Assembly: GCF_001194135.2 (NCBI RefSeq)
Contig: NC_069001.1
Coordinates: 4,900,996 to 4,964,995, forward strand
Reading direction: 5' to 3'
Source: Octopus bimaculoides
Lineage: Eukaryota
DNA length: 64,000 bases
Shown here in pieces: positions 19,951 through 31,927 of the stretch (position 1 is the first letter of the stretch; each line of letters opens with the position of its first letter). Below the pieces are notes generated by a model, which was not told the origin of the DNA, searched no databases, and saw only the letters and a list, made by a program, of their open reading frames with translations. A program made the translations under genes and the position numbers.

Positions 19951-20036
19951 ATATTGGCAAGGTGTAGCATATTGGCAAGGCAATGCATATTGGCAAGGCA
20001 ATGCATATTGGCAAGGCAATGCATATTGGTAAGGTA
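19951..20036. repeat. 18-bp minisatellite (ATATTGGCAAGGCAATGC), about 4.7 copies
   Basis: Visible directly; lies in the inferred 3' UTR of terminal exon 1. Confidence 0.92.
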
Positions 20037-21189
20037 CAGGGCTAAGTCGTGGGACTGCAGCATGGTGGATTGTGAAGAGGCAGTGGAAGAGTTCAAATGA
20101 GCCGATAGAGGTCCTTACATTGGATCTGAGCAAAGGGACCCCAGAAGATGACTGATCAAGATCAACAAGCTCTATCAAGAGGGTAACTATATTGCATCCA
20201 TAGGGGTGATGTCCATCCATGACTGTGTAATTAGCTAATGAAGGAGTCATTATGACTCAGGCTCCCAATTCAGATATGAAAAATAGAATTTGGGTGGGAG
20301 GTGACAGAGGGAGTCACAAGAGTCCAAGCAAGCAGCACAACCGGTCAATGATGATATTGAAGAGAATGTATGCTGAAAGGACAAAATCAGCTCAAGGGAG
20401 GACCCAACTTCACAAACGAGACCCAGAGTGATATTTTGAACCCCTTTTTTATAATCTTTGGTAAAAAGAAAAAAAAAAAGAAAATGTGCATCTTATATGC
20501 CACATGGTATTTAGTAATAGTTATCAATCATTAGCTATCAATCATTAGTTATCAATCATTAGCTACCTATCATTATGTAATATCACTTATCTCTTACATG
20601 TTATCGAATAACTTATATACTGAGTGTGAACTCCTGTATTCTAAATGGCTTGAAATACTCATCCTGCCTAGGTTTTCTGTTGTCCTTTTTACTCTAATGT
20701 AATATATAAGTACAGATGTATATACATATATATATCTATGCATGTATATATATATATATATATATATANNNNNNNNNNNNNNNNNNNNNNNNNNNNNNNN
20801 NNNNNNNNNNNNNNNNNNNNNNNNNNNNNNNNNNNNNNNNNNNNNNNNNNNNNNNNNNNNNNNNNNNNNNNNNNNNNNNNNNNNNNNNNNNNNNNNNNNN
20901 NNNNNNNNNNNNNNNNNNNNNNNNNNNNNNNNNNNNNNNNNNNNNNNNNNNNNNNNNNNNNNNNNNNNNNNNNNNNNNNNNNNNNNNNNNNNNNNNNNNN
21001 NNNNNNNNNNNNNNNNNNNNNNNNNNNNNNNNNNNNNNNNNNNNNNNNNNNNNNNNNNNNNNNNNNNNNNNNNNNNNNNNNNNNCATGCACATGCACATG
21101 CATATATATATGTATGTATGTATGTATGCATGTATGTAATATGCATATTTATATAAATTTCATTTGGGCATGAATCATGGAATTTACTG

Positions 21190-21249
<60 letters not shown>

Positions 21250-21568
21250 CATACATACATACATACATACATGTATACATACATGTATACATACATGTAT
21301 ACATACATGCAAGATTTGTGTGGATTATATTTTGCAAAGACGCTGTAGTTTTGTGGGTTTTCATTCTTTTGTGGTTGGTGTTTCCTTTATTTCTTTCTTT
21401 CATATTTTTTCTCTTTTTGTTTTTGTGTTTTGTTTTTTTACAACCAAATTTTCACCGGAACCTTTCATGTATAAAACTTAACAATTCATCTTGCTCTCGA
21501 TTCATTGACTGGCAGGCAACGAGTGTCAGCAATGAGGTTTTGGGAGCAAGAGTGCCAGATGGTTTACT

Positions 21569-22416
21569 TTACAACTGTTCATAGCCTGCTGTAGGTTTAC
21601 GAAAACGGTAAAAGAGATAGACAAGAGCCAGAAGCAAAATTCCAATACCAATGCCTGCTGCAATTCCACCACCAAACGAAGCACCATCAAATGAGCTCTT
21701 TTCAGTCGAAGAGGGCGCTGCACTGCTTGTGACTGTACTGTGGTGGTCAGTGGTTTCATGACCCGGAGTAACTGTTGTGTAGTTTCCAGGAGTGGGTGTT
21801 GTGTAGTTTCCAGGAGTGGGTGTTGTGTGNNNNNNNNNNNNNNNNNNNNNNNNNNNNNNNNNNNNNNNNNNNNNNNNNNNNNNNNNNNNNNNNNNNNNNN
21901 NNNNNNNNNNNNNNNNNNNNNNNNNNNNNNNNNNNNNNNNNNNNNNNNNNNNNNNNNNNNNNNNNNNNNNNNNNNNNNNNNNNNNNNNNNNNNNNNNNNN
22001 NNNNNNNNNNNNGTAGTTTCCAGGAGTGGGTGTTGTGTAGTTTCCAGGAGTAACTGTTGTGTAGTTTCCAGGAGTGGGTGTTGTGTAGTTTCCAGGAGTG
22101 GGTGTTGTGTAGTTTCCAGGAGTAACTGTTGTGTAGTTTCCAGGAGTGGGTGTTGTGTAGTTTCCAGGAGTGGGTGTTGTGTGATTTCCAGGTGTAGTAG
22201 TCGAATGGTTACCTGGGGAACTTGTAGACTGTGTTGGATCATCAGTATGATTCCCATGGGCAGTAGGGGTAAGATCATGTGTGCTGGGTGTATATGTACT
22301 CTTGTGATCTGTGGTCTTTGTATGAACATCAGTTGTTGATATTAAATGTGTAGTGCTATGACTTGCAGTTGTGATTGGAGTAGACTGTTCGGTAGATATA
22401 CTAGTAGTACTTTTCT
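21569..22416 (-). CDS. CD164/porimin-like sialomucin terminal exon 1 (Thr/Ser stalk, TPGNYTTP repeats, TM, YEQL tail); contains a gap
   Basis: Acceptor gtataatttcag at 22417 (phase 1). Encodes KSTTSISTEQ...(TTPTPGNY)n...STEKSSFDGASFGGGIAAGIGIGILLLALVYLFYRFRKPTAGYEQL*. The FD-x-SF-GG motif before the TM and the terminal YxxL are CD164/porimin hallmarks. N gap 21830-22011 lies within the repeat, so the frame across it is assumed. Confidence 0.85.
21769..22190 (-). repeat. 24-bp coding minisatellite (plus unit GTGTAGTTTCCAGGAGTGGGTGTT) encoding TTPTPGNY/TTVTPGNY
   Basis: About 3 units left and 7 units plus one NHT variant right of an N gap; variant order is V,P,P periodic. Confidence 0.95.
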
Positions 22417-22699
22417 CTGAAATTATACAAGAAACAAATAAAGACTTGTTAAAACATAAGGAACAAAAAATATTTCCATAATTTTATGAAAATATTTAAT
22501 AGACATACCTTAAGTGTTTCATTAACTCTTTGCCTAGTGTAAAAAGGCAGGATGCACATGTAGAGGCAACACCACATGTCCACTTACTAGCCAATGCAGC
22601 ACAAAGGCTGTTGTATATGAGGCAAAGGTGATGTGAAAGGAACTTAGCAGGCAAACAGACATGCAATGATATGTGGATATGATAGAATATCCCTTCAGT

Positions 22700-22900
22700 A
22701 CCAGATCCAATGACCGTAAGTCTTCTTAAATACTTAAGAGAGGCAAAATATCACAGCCTCGGCTAGGCATGCATGGTCATTGAAGGAAAGAGCCATGAAT
22801 GTCAAGTGGAGAATGCTAGAGAGGTTCAAACCTTACTTTAATAGTTGCAGGAGGTGCAGTCTATGCCTAGCAGAAGAAAAAAAAAACTATAGTAAAGAAC
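22700..22900 (+). mobile_element. Penelope-like element fragment (GIY-YIG region C-terminus)
   Basis: Encodes HAWSLKERAMNVKWRMLERFKPYFNSCRRCSLCLAEEK, matching the PLE W-x-LK...W..L...PY....RC-x-LC-x-x-EK motif; degenerate. Confidence 0.7.
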
Positions 22901-23838
22901 TCTATTCACCTGAACACCTACTTAAACTGCAAATACAACGTCTTCTTTCCTTGCCCACATGAAAGGAAATATAGGATTAGTTACCTGCTGACTGCATCAT
23001 GAATATAATTGTTAGAACTTTCACCATAGATACCTCACATCACCACAGTTTGAGTGTTCAACACAATCATTACCACATCCAGCTTTACATGAAAACATGG
23101 TTTTAAGATGTGACACCCACCCCAGCCTCTCTTTCCACACACACACTTTGCACACATATCCACATCACACCACCCACACCCAAGCCACAACCCCCACTTT
23201 GCTGGCAGTCACCCTTCACACCATGAGGGTAATTCATCTTGTTTTTTTTTTTTTTGTACAAAGGGGCATAACTCTTGATGAATTTCCCTCTACCTTCTCG
23301 TGGTTTTTTTAAACATAGTACTCACAAATTGGATGTGATATTACTTGTCTCCAATAGCAGAGTACCATCACTAAATTTTCCCAAGCAACCTCTCTGATAA
23401 GCACCATCTTAGGTTATCACCTAACTCATGCATACAAAACCAATTGGAAAAAATAAGCTGGAATGCATCCTTAGTGAAGTACAATATAAATATGGACTTT
23501 TCTTTTACTTGTTTCAGCTATTGAACTATGGCCATGCTGGAGTACCACCTTGAAGGGCTTTTGTCTTTTTAGTCAAGCAAATCCCCTTCAGTATGTCTCT
23601 TTTAACATATATACATAAGTACAATGCACAGAAGTTCGTTTGGTAAGCACAAGGTTTCTGTTTCAGTCCCACAGCCTGGTAGCTCTGGCAAGTGTTTTCT
23701 TCTAGGACTCTCGACTAACCAATGCCATGTGAGTGAATTGCGTAGATGGGAACTGAGTGGAAACTCTGTGGAAGCGAACTAAAACCCTTCGAAAACAGTG
23801 CTACAGCATGTCCACAATCCACTGACTGTAAAAAGTAA

Positions 23839-23895
<57 letters not shown>

Positions 23896-23963
23896 GTATT
23901 ATAAAGATAGATAGATAGCGAGACATACATATGTGTGTGTATGTATATACATATATATATATT

Positions 23964-24038
<75 letters not shown>

Positions 24039-24862
24039 GTATGTATGTTTATCTGTGTATATGAGATGCTGGGATTAAATGAGCTTGAAATTTTGTCCAT
24101 ATTTCCAATTGTCCACAAGACATGCTACATATCAGCTGAAGACATTCCAGAAATTTACAGGCTTAAAACAATTGTATAAATACACGCATAAATAAAATAA
24201 AATGAAATAAAATAAAATAAAATAAAATAAAATAAAATAAAATAAAAGCAAATAAATAAGCGAAGAGAAAATATGACCACAATGATTGAGTTAATCAACC
24301 TTATTTTATTAATCTACACATCTGTGACATTATGTTTTGGGAAAGAAATGTTTGTGTTAGAATTGCTGTTCCAAAATATTTCTTATCACAATATATAGAC
24401 ATTTCTGACAAAATATTTATCGTTAGCTACTTTGCAATAATTAATACACACATAACAGTTGCCAGGAATGTTTAATATGCAAACAGTACATCTATCTACA
24501 CCACAAAACCTAGCAATAACTTTATATACATTCGGTAGTTTAAATTAGGTGCCCTTTCCTCAGCACCTAGCTATACTACTGTGTATGTGTGTGTGTGTGT
24601 ATATATATCAATTTAAATAAACAACCAAAAGAGCTACAATTAGTTTCATGGCGTATTTATATAAATGCACCTGTTCAGGTATCATAAAAGCATGAAACTA
24701 TAAATAGCTGTTTTGGTTGTGTATTTAAATTGATGTTTATCTCTCACTGGATGGAATACTATTTTTCTTTTGTTGATTCTACCTCTATTGGATCTTTAAA
24801 CTATCTATTATCTATATCTATCTATGTCTGTCTATCTATCTATTTATCTACCTATCCAGTAA

Positions 24863-24897
<35 letters not shown>

Positions 24898-25217
24898 NNN
24901 NNNNNNNNNNNNNNNNNNNNNNNNNNNNNNNNNNNNNNNNNNNNNNNNNNNNNNNNNNNNNNNNNNNNNNNNNNNNNNNNNNNNNNNNNNNNNNNNNNNN
25001 NNNNNNNNNNNNNNNNNNNNNNNNNNNNNNNNNNNNNNNNNNNNNNNNNNNNNNNNNNNNNNNNNNNNNNNNNNNNNNNNNNNNNNNNNNNNNNNNNNNN
25101 NNNNNNNNNNNNNNNNNNNNNNNNNNNNNNNNNNNNNNNNNNNNNNNNNNNNNNNNNNNNNNNNNNNNNNNNNNNNNNNNNNNNNNNNNNNNNNNNNTAT
25201 ATATATATATATATTGG

Positions 25218-25250
<33 letters not shown>

Positions 25251-25683
25251 ATATAAAATTAGTGAATTGTTTAGCAAATTTAAGTCCTTCAGGAAGAAGG
25301 GTTTTGATATAGAAAGGTAAAAATCTATGATGTCAGATTGTGTGAATCTATGTAATTGTACTTATGGTCATTCGTGTAGATATGGATATAAATTTTGTTG
25401 AAAAGCTAGGTATTTTCTTTTTTGATTTGATACATTGTTGACTTTTTTTGTTGTTTCTGTTTTTTTTTTCTTCTTTCCTTTTTTTTTTGTATGTGTTTTC
25501 CAATTTTCAAAAAAAAAACAAAAAAAAAACAGGGAAAATGTCACCGGAAAGTCTTCATCGCTTATCATTTAAACCATTCCTTTGTTTGAACACTGTCTAC
25601 TGAAAGAGAGAGCATTGCATAGCACCAATACCAATATCAAAAAGCGAATTCTTGTGAGGAGCGGATGACAGTCGAAATGTGTC

Positions 25684-26057
25684 TTAACATTCCTCATAGG
25701 CAGGATTAGGTTTGCGGCAGTAATAGAAGAGATAGAGGAGACAGAGAAGCAAAATTGCAATTCCAATACCAGCTGCAATTCCACCACCAAAGGAAGCACC
25801 ATCAAAGGTGCTCTTTTCAGTTGTAGAAGGTCCTACACTGGTTGAAACTGTGCTGTGCTGGTTGGTGGTCTTTTGACCAGGTGTTGTGATTGTATGGTTA
25901 CCAGGTGTGGTAGATGTCTCTGGACTACCTGTATGATTACCTGTAGTGTCTGTGTGGGGTGAAGACGTGTGAGGAATGGTAGTGGAGCTTGAGTGTCCTG
26001 TGCTCAGCTTCGTACTAGCTGATGAAGTTGCTTCAGTTGTAGCAGGAGTGGTGGGCT
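25684..26057 (-). CDS. CD164/porimin-like sialomucin terminal exon 2 (stalk, TM, YEEC tail)
   Basis: Acceptor gtgtaatttcag at 26058 (phase 1). Encodes PTTPATTEATSS...TTEKSTFDGASFGGGIAAGIGIAILLLCLLYLFYYCRKPNPAYEEC*; clear paralog of 21569-22416. Confidence 0.9.
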
Positions 26058-26453
26058 CTGAAATTACACACAAAGCAAAAAAAAAAAAAAAAAAAAAANN
26101 NNNNNNNNNNNNNNNNNNNNNNNNNNNNNNNNNNNNNNNNNNNNNNNNNNNNNNNNNNNNNNNNNNNNNNNNNNNNNNNNNNNNNNNNNNNNNNNNNNNN
26201 NNNNNNNNNNNNNNNNNNNNNNNNNNNNNNNNNNNNNNNNNNNNNNNNNNNNNNNNNNNNNNNNNNNNNNNNNNNNNNNNNNNNNNNNNNNNNNNNNNNN
26301 NNNNNNNNNNNNNNNNNNNNNNNNNNNNNNNNNNNNNNNNNNNNNNNNNNNNNNNNNNNNNNNNNNNNNNNNNNNNNNNNNNNNNNNNNNNNNNNNNNNN
26401 NNNNNNNNNNNNNNNNNNNNNNNNNNNNNNNNNNNNNNNNNNNNNNNNNNNNN

Positions 26454-26534
<81 letters not shown>

Positions 26535-26535
26535 T

Positions 26536-26566
<31 letters not shown>

Positions 26567-26572
26567 ACTTAC

Positions 26573-26592
26573 TTGGAATTGGATTTGGCTTT
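26573..26592 (-). CDS. Putative 20-nt microexon of the sialomucin gene (KPNPIP)
   Basis: ttatatgatag|AAAGCCAAATCCAATTCCAA|gtaagt; joins exon 26057 in frame only if the preceding exon ends in phase 2. Confidence 0.35.
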
Positions 26593-26649
26593 CTATCATA
26601 TAATAATATAACTAAGGTACTGCACTGTGGGACTGAACCCAAAACCGTA

Positions 26650-26724
26650 TAGATGGATAGATAGATAGATAGATAGACAGACAAACAGACAGATAGATAG
26701 ATAAATAGACAGATAGGTAGATAA

Positions 26725-26788
<64 letters not shown>

Positions 26789-26872
26789 ACAGACAGATAG
26801 ATAGATAAATAGACAGATAGGTAGATAAATAAATAGATAGATAGATAGATAGATAGATAAATAAATAGATAC
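26650..26872. repeat. Imperfect (GATA)n/(GACA)n tetranucleotide array
   Basis: Visible directly. Confidence 0.95.
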
Positions 26873-27521
26873 ATGATGGGTTTCTTTTAGTTTCTGTCTA
26901 CTAAATCCCCTTACAAGGCTTTAGCTGATTTGGGACTATACTCGAAGGTACCTCCCCAAGGAGCCACACTGTGGTGCTGAACTCAAGACAATATGATTGC
27001 CTAAGATACATATATATATATATGTATGTATTTATGCATGTATGGATGCATGTATGTATATGTTTATCAAACACGGATGGCAACACATGCGCACATAATG
27101 ATACACATCATAGAAGAGCAGAATGGAGTGAGTGGAGCAAGAGCACACACAAATACGAAAAGTGTCACTGAAGAGGTCACATATGTGTGATGGAAGATTT
27201 TCAGACAATGGACATGAGTTAAAAATAAGAACAGCAGTAAACGAGTGAAGAAGAAATATATAGTGTGTGTGTGTGACCATCCTGAAATACAATATCTATA
27301 TATATACATACATACATACATATATATATATGTATATATATAGCTGATGAAGGAAAATGTTCTCTATGTGGCTTGTGTGTTTTCTGTACTCTGCTTATTA
27401 TCATTTTCTTGTCTACGTTTTGTTTGCAATGTCCTGTACCCAGATATGCACCTATATATACAGGTAGACGTAGGTATGCACATACTTGTACGTATATATG
27501 CATATACTCATTTATTATTTG

Positions 27522-27553
<32 letters not shown>

Positions 27554-27909
27554 GTAATTTAAGATTAGGTAGGGTATATAATACCACTTGCTAAAATCAA
27601 AGTCATTGCTCCAAAAACCACCATAAAAATTGTGATATATATATATATATATATATATAATTGAAATTTACAGAAAACAAAAGATGAAGACAGGTGAGGA
27701 AACAACGAGTAGGTGTATTGGTTTGATACTCGGTAAGAATGGAAGAGTCTTTGATGTTTTGAACCAAAACTCTTCGGTAAAAAGGATTGACATGTTAAAA
27801 AAAAATGGAGAGTGAACAAAAACGAAACTAAGGGAAAATGATTTAATATATGTATATATTATATATATATATATATATATTATATATATGTATATATAAC
27901 ATACATACA

Positions 27910-27967
<58 letters not shown>

Positions 27968-27972
<5 letters not shown>

Positions 27973-28209
27973 ATTTTAAAGAGTTCCAACTATGTTTTTT
28001 ATGTTTTATTTATATTCTTGTAAAATTAATGTGGGATATAGAATATATAATATATAATATAAAAATAAATGGTAAAATGAAATGAAGTATTGAAATAACA
28101 ATTTTTTTAATATTATATATTATATATTCCATATTCTATATCCCACATTAATTTTACAAGAATATAAATAAAACATAAAAAACAGAGTTGGAATTCTTTT
28201 AAATAAAAT
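27968..28209. repeat. AT-rich fold-back element; solo arm at about 53098-53218
   Basis: AGAGTTCCAACT...AATGTGGGATATAGAATAT followed by its reverse complement. Confidence 0.85.
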
Positions 28210-28554
28210 AATATATTCCTCTATACACGATCATACAAAACCCATTTTTTGTATCTATTTTTTATTCACACACACACACACNNNNNNNNNNNNNNNNNNN
28301 NNNNNNNNNNNNNNNNNNNNNNNNNNNNNNNNNNNNNNNNNNNNNNNNNNNNNNNNNNNNNNNNNNNNNNNNNNNNNNNNNNNNNNNNNNNNNNNNNNNN
28401 NNNNNNNNNNNNNNNNNNNNNNNNNNNNNNNNNNNNNNNNNNNNNNNNNNNNNNNNNNNNNNNNNNNNNNNNNNNNNNNNNNNNNNNNNNNNNNNNNNNN
28501 NNNNNNNNNNNNNNNNNNNNNNNNNNNNNNNNNNNNNNNNNNNNNNNNNNNNNN

Positions 28555-28578
28555 ATTTGCCGACACAATGTGGTGTAC
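28555..28578 (-). CDS. Putative Cys-containing exon start running into an N gap (STPHCVGK...)
   Basis: catcttttatag|GT ACA CCA CAT TGT GTC GGC AAA, in frame with the phase-1 signal exon; the remainder is in gap 28282-28554. Confidence 0.4.
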
Positions 28579-28746
28579 CTATAAAAGATGATGTTTAAGC
28601 CCCATGGAAAACATCTTTTCCAGCTGGTATGATACATAATAGCTAATTATACAGTACATAGAAGCAAAACAACAAAATAATATATGAGAAAATTGTGTGT
28701 GTGTAAAAGAAACTGTATGTGTATGTGATGTGTGGTTAATACTTAC

Positions 28747-28831
28747 TGTTAGTATTACTTTGTCCATGGGCCAAATTGCATACCAAGGCCAAACATACCA
28801 CTGCTATCACAACTACACATTTCCCCAACAT
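28747..28831 (-). CDS. Signal-peptide first coding exon A of the sialomucin locus
   Basis: Encodes [28 protein letters not shown] then A|gtaagt (phase 1); classic n/h/c regions with likely AHG-Q cleavage; purine-rich leader. Confidence 0.85.
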
Positions 28832-29058
28832 TGTTTCCTTTTGATTCTTACTCTTTCTTCTTCTTCTTCTTTTCTTTTCTTTCCACCTGCTTGTCCTTCA
28901 CTCTATCTGTTTCAGCAAACTAGATCCGGTTCTGTTATTTTATGCTTCTTGTATATGTATATGTATATATATATATGTATATATATATATTTATATTTAT
29001 CTGTTTATATATTCACTCATGCACAAGGAGACACTAACTACCAGCGTGTATATATATA

Positions 29059-29104
<46 letters not shown>

Positions 29105-29769
29105 ATGCTTGTGTTGAATGATAGAAAGTTGTTAGCAATAAAACAGAGCTGTGTAGTTAGGAAGGTCTTGATAGCCAGACAGATCCTGTCTTCCTCTCAC
29201 ACTCTATATCATACACTTTGTAAGTAAGTACGCAATATGACTAATGAATTATGTGACTGATTAGAATTTTACTCTGTTTAAATCGTTTCACTGATAATGT
29301 TTCGAAATGCTTAGCATGTTCAAAGGTCAAACTTGTGTATTATCTCTGATACGAAAGAAACTCCTCGAGTTGGGTCTGAGACTCAGGACATACGGTGCAA
29401 ATAATTTAGACTTTTAACCCACTTCATGTCTGTTTTGTGTGTAGCATATGAATGAGTGTGTGTGTGTATAGATAGATATATATATATACACACATACATA
29501 CATATGTACATACATATATATATATATACAAATATATATATATATATGTATATGTATATATGCATACACACATGTATATATGTATCATCATCATCATCAT
29601 CATCATCATCACAATTTGACGTCCATTTTCGTTTTCCCTGATGGCATGTGTTGGACGGTTTGACAGGAGCTGGTTAGATAGATAACTGTATCAGACTTCA
29701 ATGTCTATTTTTGGCATTTTTTTAACTACTGGATGCCCTTCCTAACACCAGCCACCTTACAGAGTGGAC

Positions 29770-29800
<31 letters not shown>

Positions 29801-29805
29801 TTTAT

Positions 29806-29836
<31 letters not shown>

Positions 29837-29837
<1 letters not shown>

Positions 29838-30458
29838 CAGGTCATCCCATAAGTTATGTCCGAATTTTGAATAAAGAAGACAAGTAATCAAATGTTATAT
29901 TTAATTGAAATTTAATCATCAATGTGCTTCCCCTGATTATCTACGACTTCCTTCCATCTATTGACAAGCTTTTTAATCCCATCAATGTAAAACTCTTTTG
30001 GTTTCAAAGTGAAGAATTCTGAAATGTTAGTTTCGACCTTCTCCTGGCTCGCAAAAGTTATTTCCCCCAAGTGATTCTGTAAACTACAAAACAAATGGTA
30101 GTCTGAAGGAACAAGGTTGGGAGAATGAGGTGGATGAGGAATTTTTTCCCAACCAAGCTCTTCGATCTTCTGTGATGAGATCTTTGCAGTGTGTCATCAG
30201 GCATTGTCCTGATGAAACATCACTCCTTTTTGATTCACTAAAGCGGGTCTTTTTTCTTCAAAGCTTGGTTCAAACGCTCTAATTTCTGACAATAGACTTG
30301 AGCATTGATTGTTGCATTAGGTGGTAACAATTCAAAGTGAATTACTCCTTTGCAATCCCACCAGATAGAGAGAAGAACCTTTTTTTCCATGAAGTTCCCT
30401 TCTCGGTTGTGGTTGAGCTTTTTCCCTTTTACCAAGCTTTGTACTGTACTCTGCTGCA

Positions 30459-30508
<50 letters not shown>

Positions 30509-30600
30509 TGTGGTCTGATGTTGTTAGCACACATCTCGTCCTGATATAGGTTGTTTCTCACTATGAAATCGTCCACGATCTTATAGTGTATACACGATTC
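29837..30600 (-). mobile_element. Degenerate mariner (Mos1/Hsmar-like) transposase fragment with one terminal repeat
   Basis: Encodes KKVLLSIWWDCKGVIHFELLPPNATINAQVYCQKL and FYIDGIKKLVNRWKEVVDNQG; end TA-TCAGGTCATCCCATAAG; (TA)n inserted at about 30462-30506; stops and frameshifts. Confidence 0.85.
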
Positions 30601-31927
30601 CATTCTGGGCCCTTAGATTTATTTCACAGCAGCTGTTATAAAACGAACTCATTCTTTTTTATTCAAGATTTTAGTAGCATCGTGGATAACATGAAAGCTC
30701 TCTGTGAAGTAGAAGTCACATGATTTTAATCGGTTCTTAAATCTCTCTATCTTATTTAACGCAGTCTTTGTGATGATAGTGGTTGCTTTTTTCTGTCTTT
30801 CAGTTTTCAAATAGGCTTTGAAAATGTTGTCCTGTTTTCCAAGTGATGACCACAGAAAGTGATGACGTCAGTACCAATAACATTTGAAGGAATTCCCTCT
30901 AAGCCCAGCTCATCTTATTGCTCAAGTGACATCGTCCTAGAACTCAATGATTCTTTTTCCTTAGTATTTGATCTTCAGAGGGAAAAATTTAGTGATTACA
31001 TATTTGAATAATCTTGCATTGTGGTTTATGAGGGAATGAGAAAGAATTTTTGAGCAGCTTTAGCACACTTTAATGGTGTTTCTATTAAACAACTTGTAAA
31101 ATTTATGGTTGCTCGTGGTATGTCTTTTTTCCTATCAGGAGACAGACATACTTTATAACACTGGTATTTATGGCAATGTTGCATGGTCGATTATACGATA
31201 TAAAATATATTTTCTATGTTTTGATGATGGTTACTAACTGCCGTTGATGAACGCTTTATTAGGTTTTAGTAACCCACTGAAGTTATTGTGAAACTCGTTG
31301 CAAGTAGCTTCATTGGTGGATAATGCAGTTACCTTCTTGGTCAAGCTTGTCAGAACATGATAAGCATACATTCACACAATACATACACACACTCACATAC
31401 ATATGTATTAACGTGCGTGTCTGGTGCAATCACACACAAACACATATAAACCTACATACGTGTGTGTGAGTGTCTGTTTCCTTCTATTTATAAATTTATG
31501 TTTCTGCATGTACACATATAAATACACAAACACACACATACACACATTCGCATATAGGTATGTATATGTATTTACAGAGAACACTGAATGAGGCGGGAGA
31601 AAAAGTGCGGGGAAAGTGATACAGGGAAAGATATGAGGGCCAGTCATTTATGTAATTTACATAAATTACATGATAATGATATCTTAATCTTATCAGACTT
31701 GTGACAGCAATAACAAGGGTGTCACATGAGAAGTAAAACAATTTTAGGGAAATAGACGAAAACACACACATACACGCACAAACACGTATACACAAGCACA
31801 CACACAAACACACATGCACACACAAACACGTACACACAAACACGTACACATACACACTCACACATACAAACACAAACACATGCATGGCCATACACATATA
31901 CACACATAAACACACGTATGTAACATA

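Noticed and set aside
21769-22190. CRISPR-like array
   Set aside because: Contiguous 24-bp units with no unique spacers, in eukaryotic coding sequence.
22985-23027. MVKVLTIIFMMQSA|gtaact as a private signal exon for terminal exon 1
   Set aside because: Too short and polar for a signal peptide and adjacent to a Penelope fragment; probably chance, but it is the main alternative to test against the shared-first-exon model.
31235-31345. Possible MULE transposase remnant (TNEATCNEFHNNFSGLLKPN)
   Set aside because: Only a loose motif resemblance, too short to support a call.
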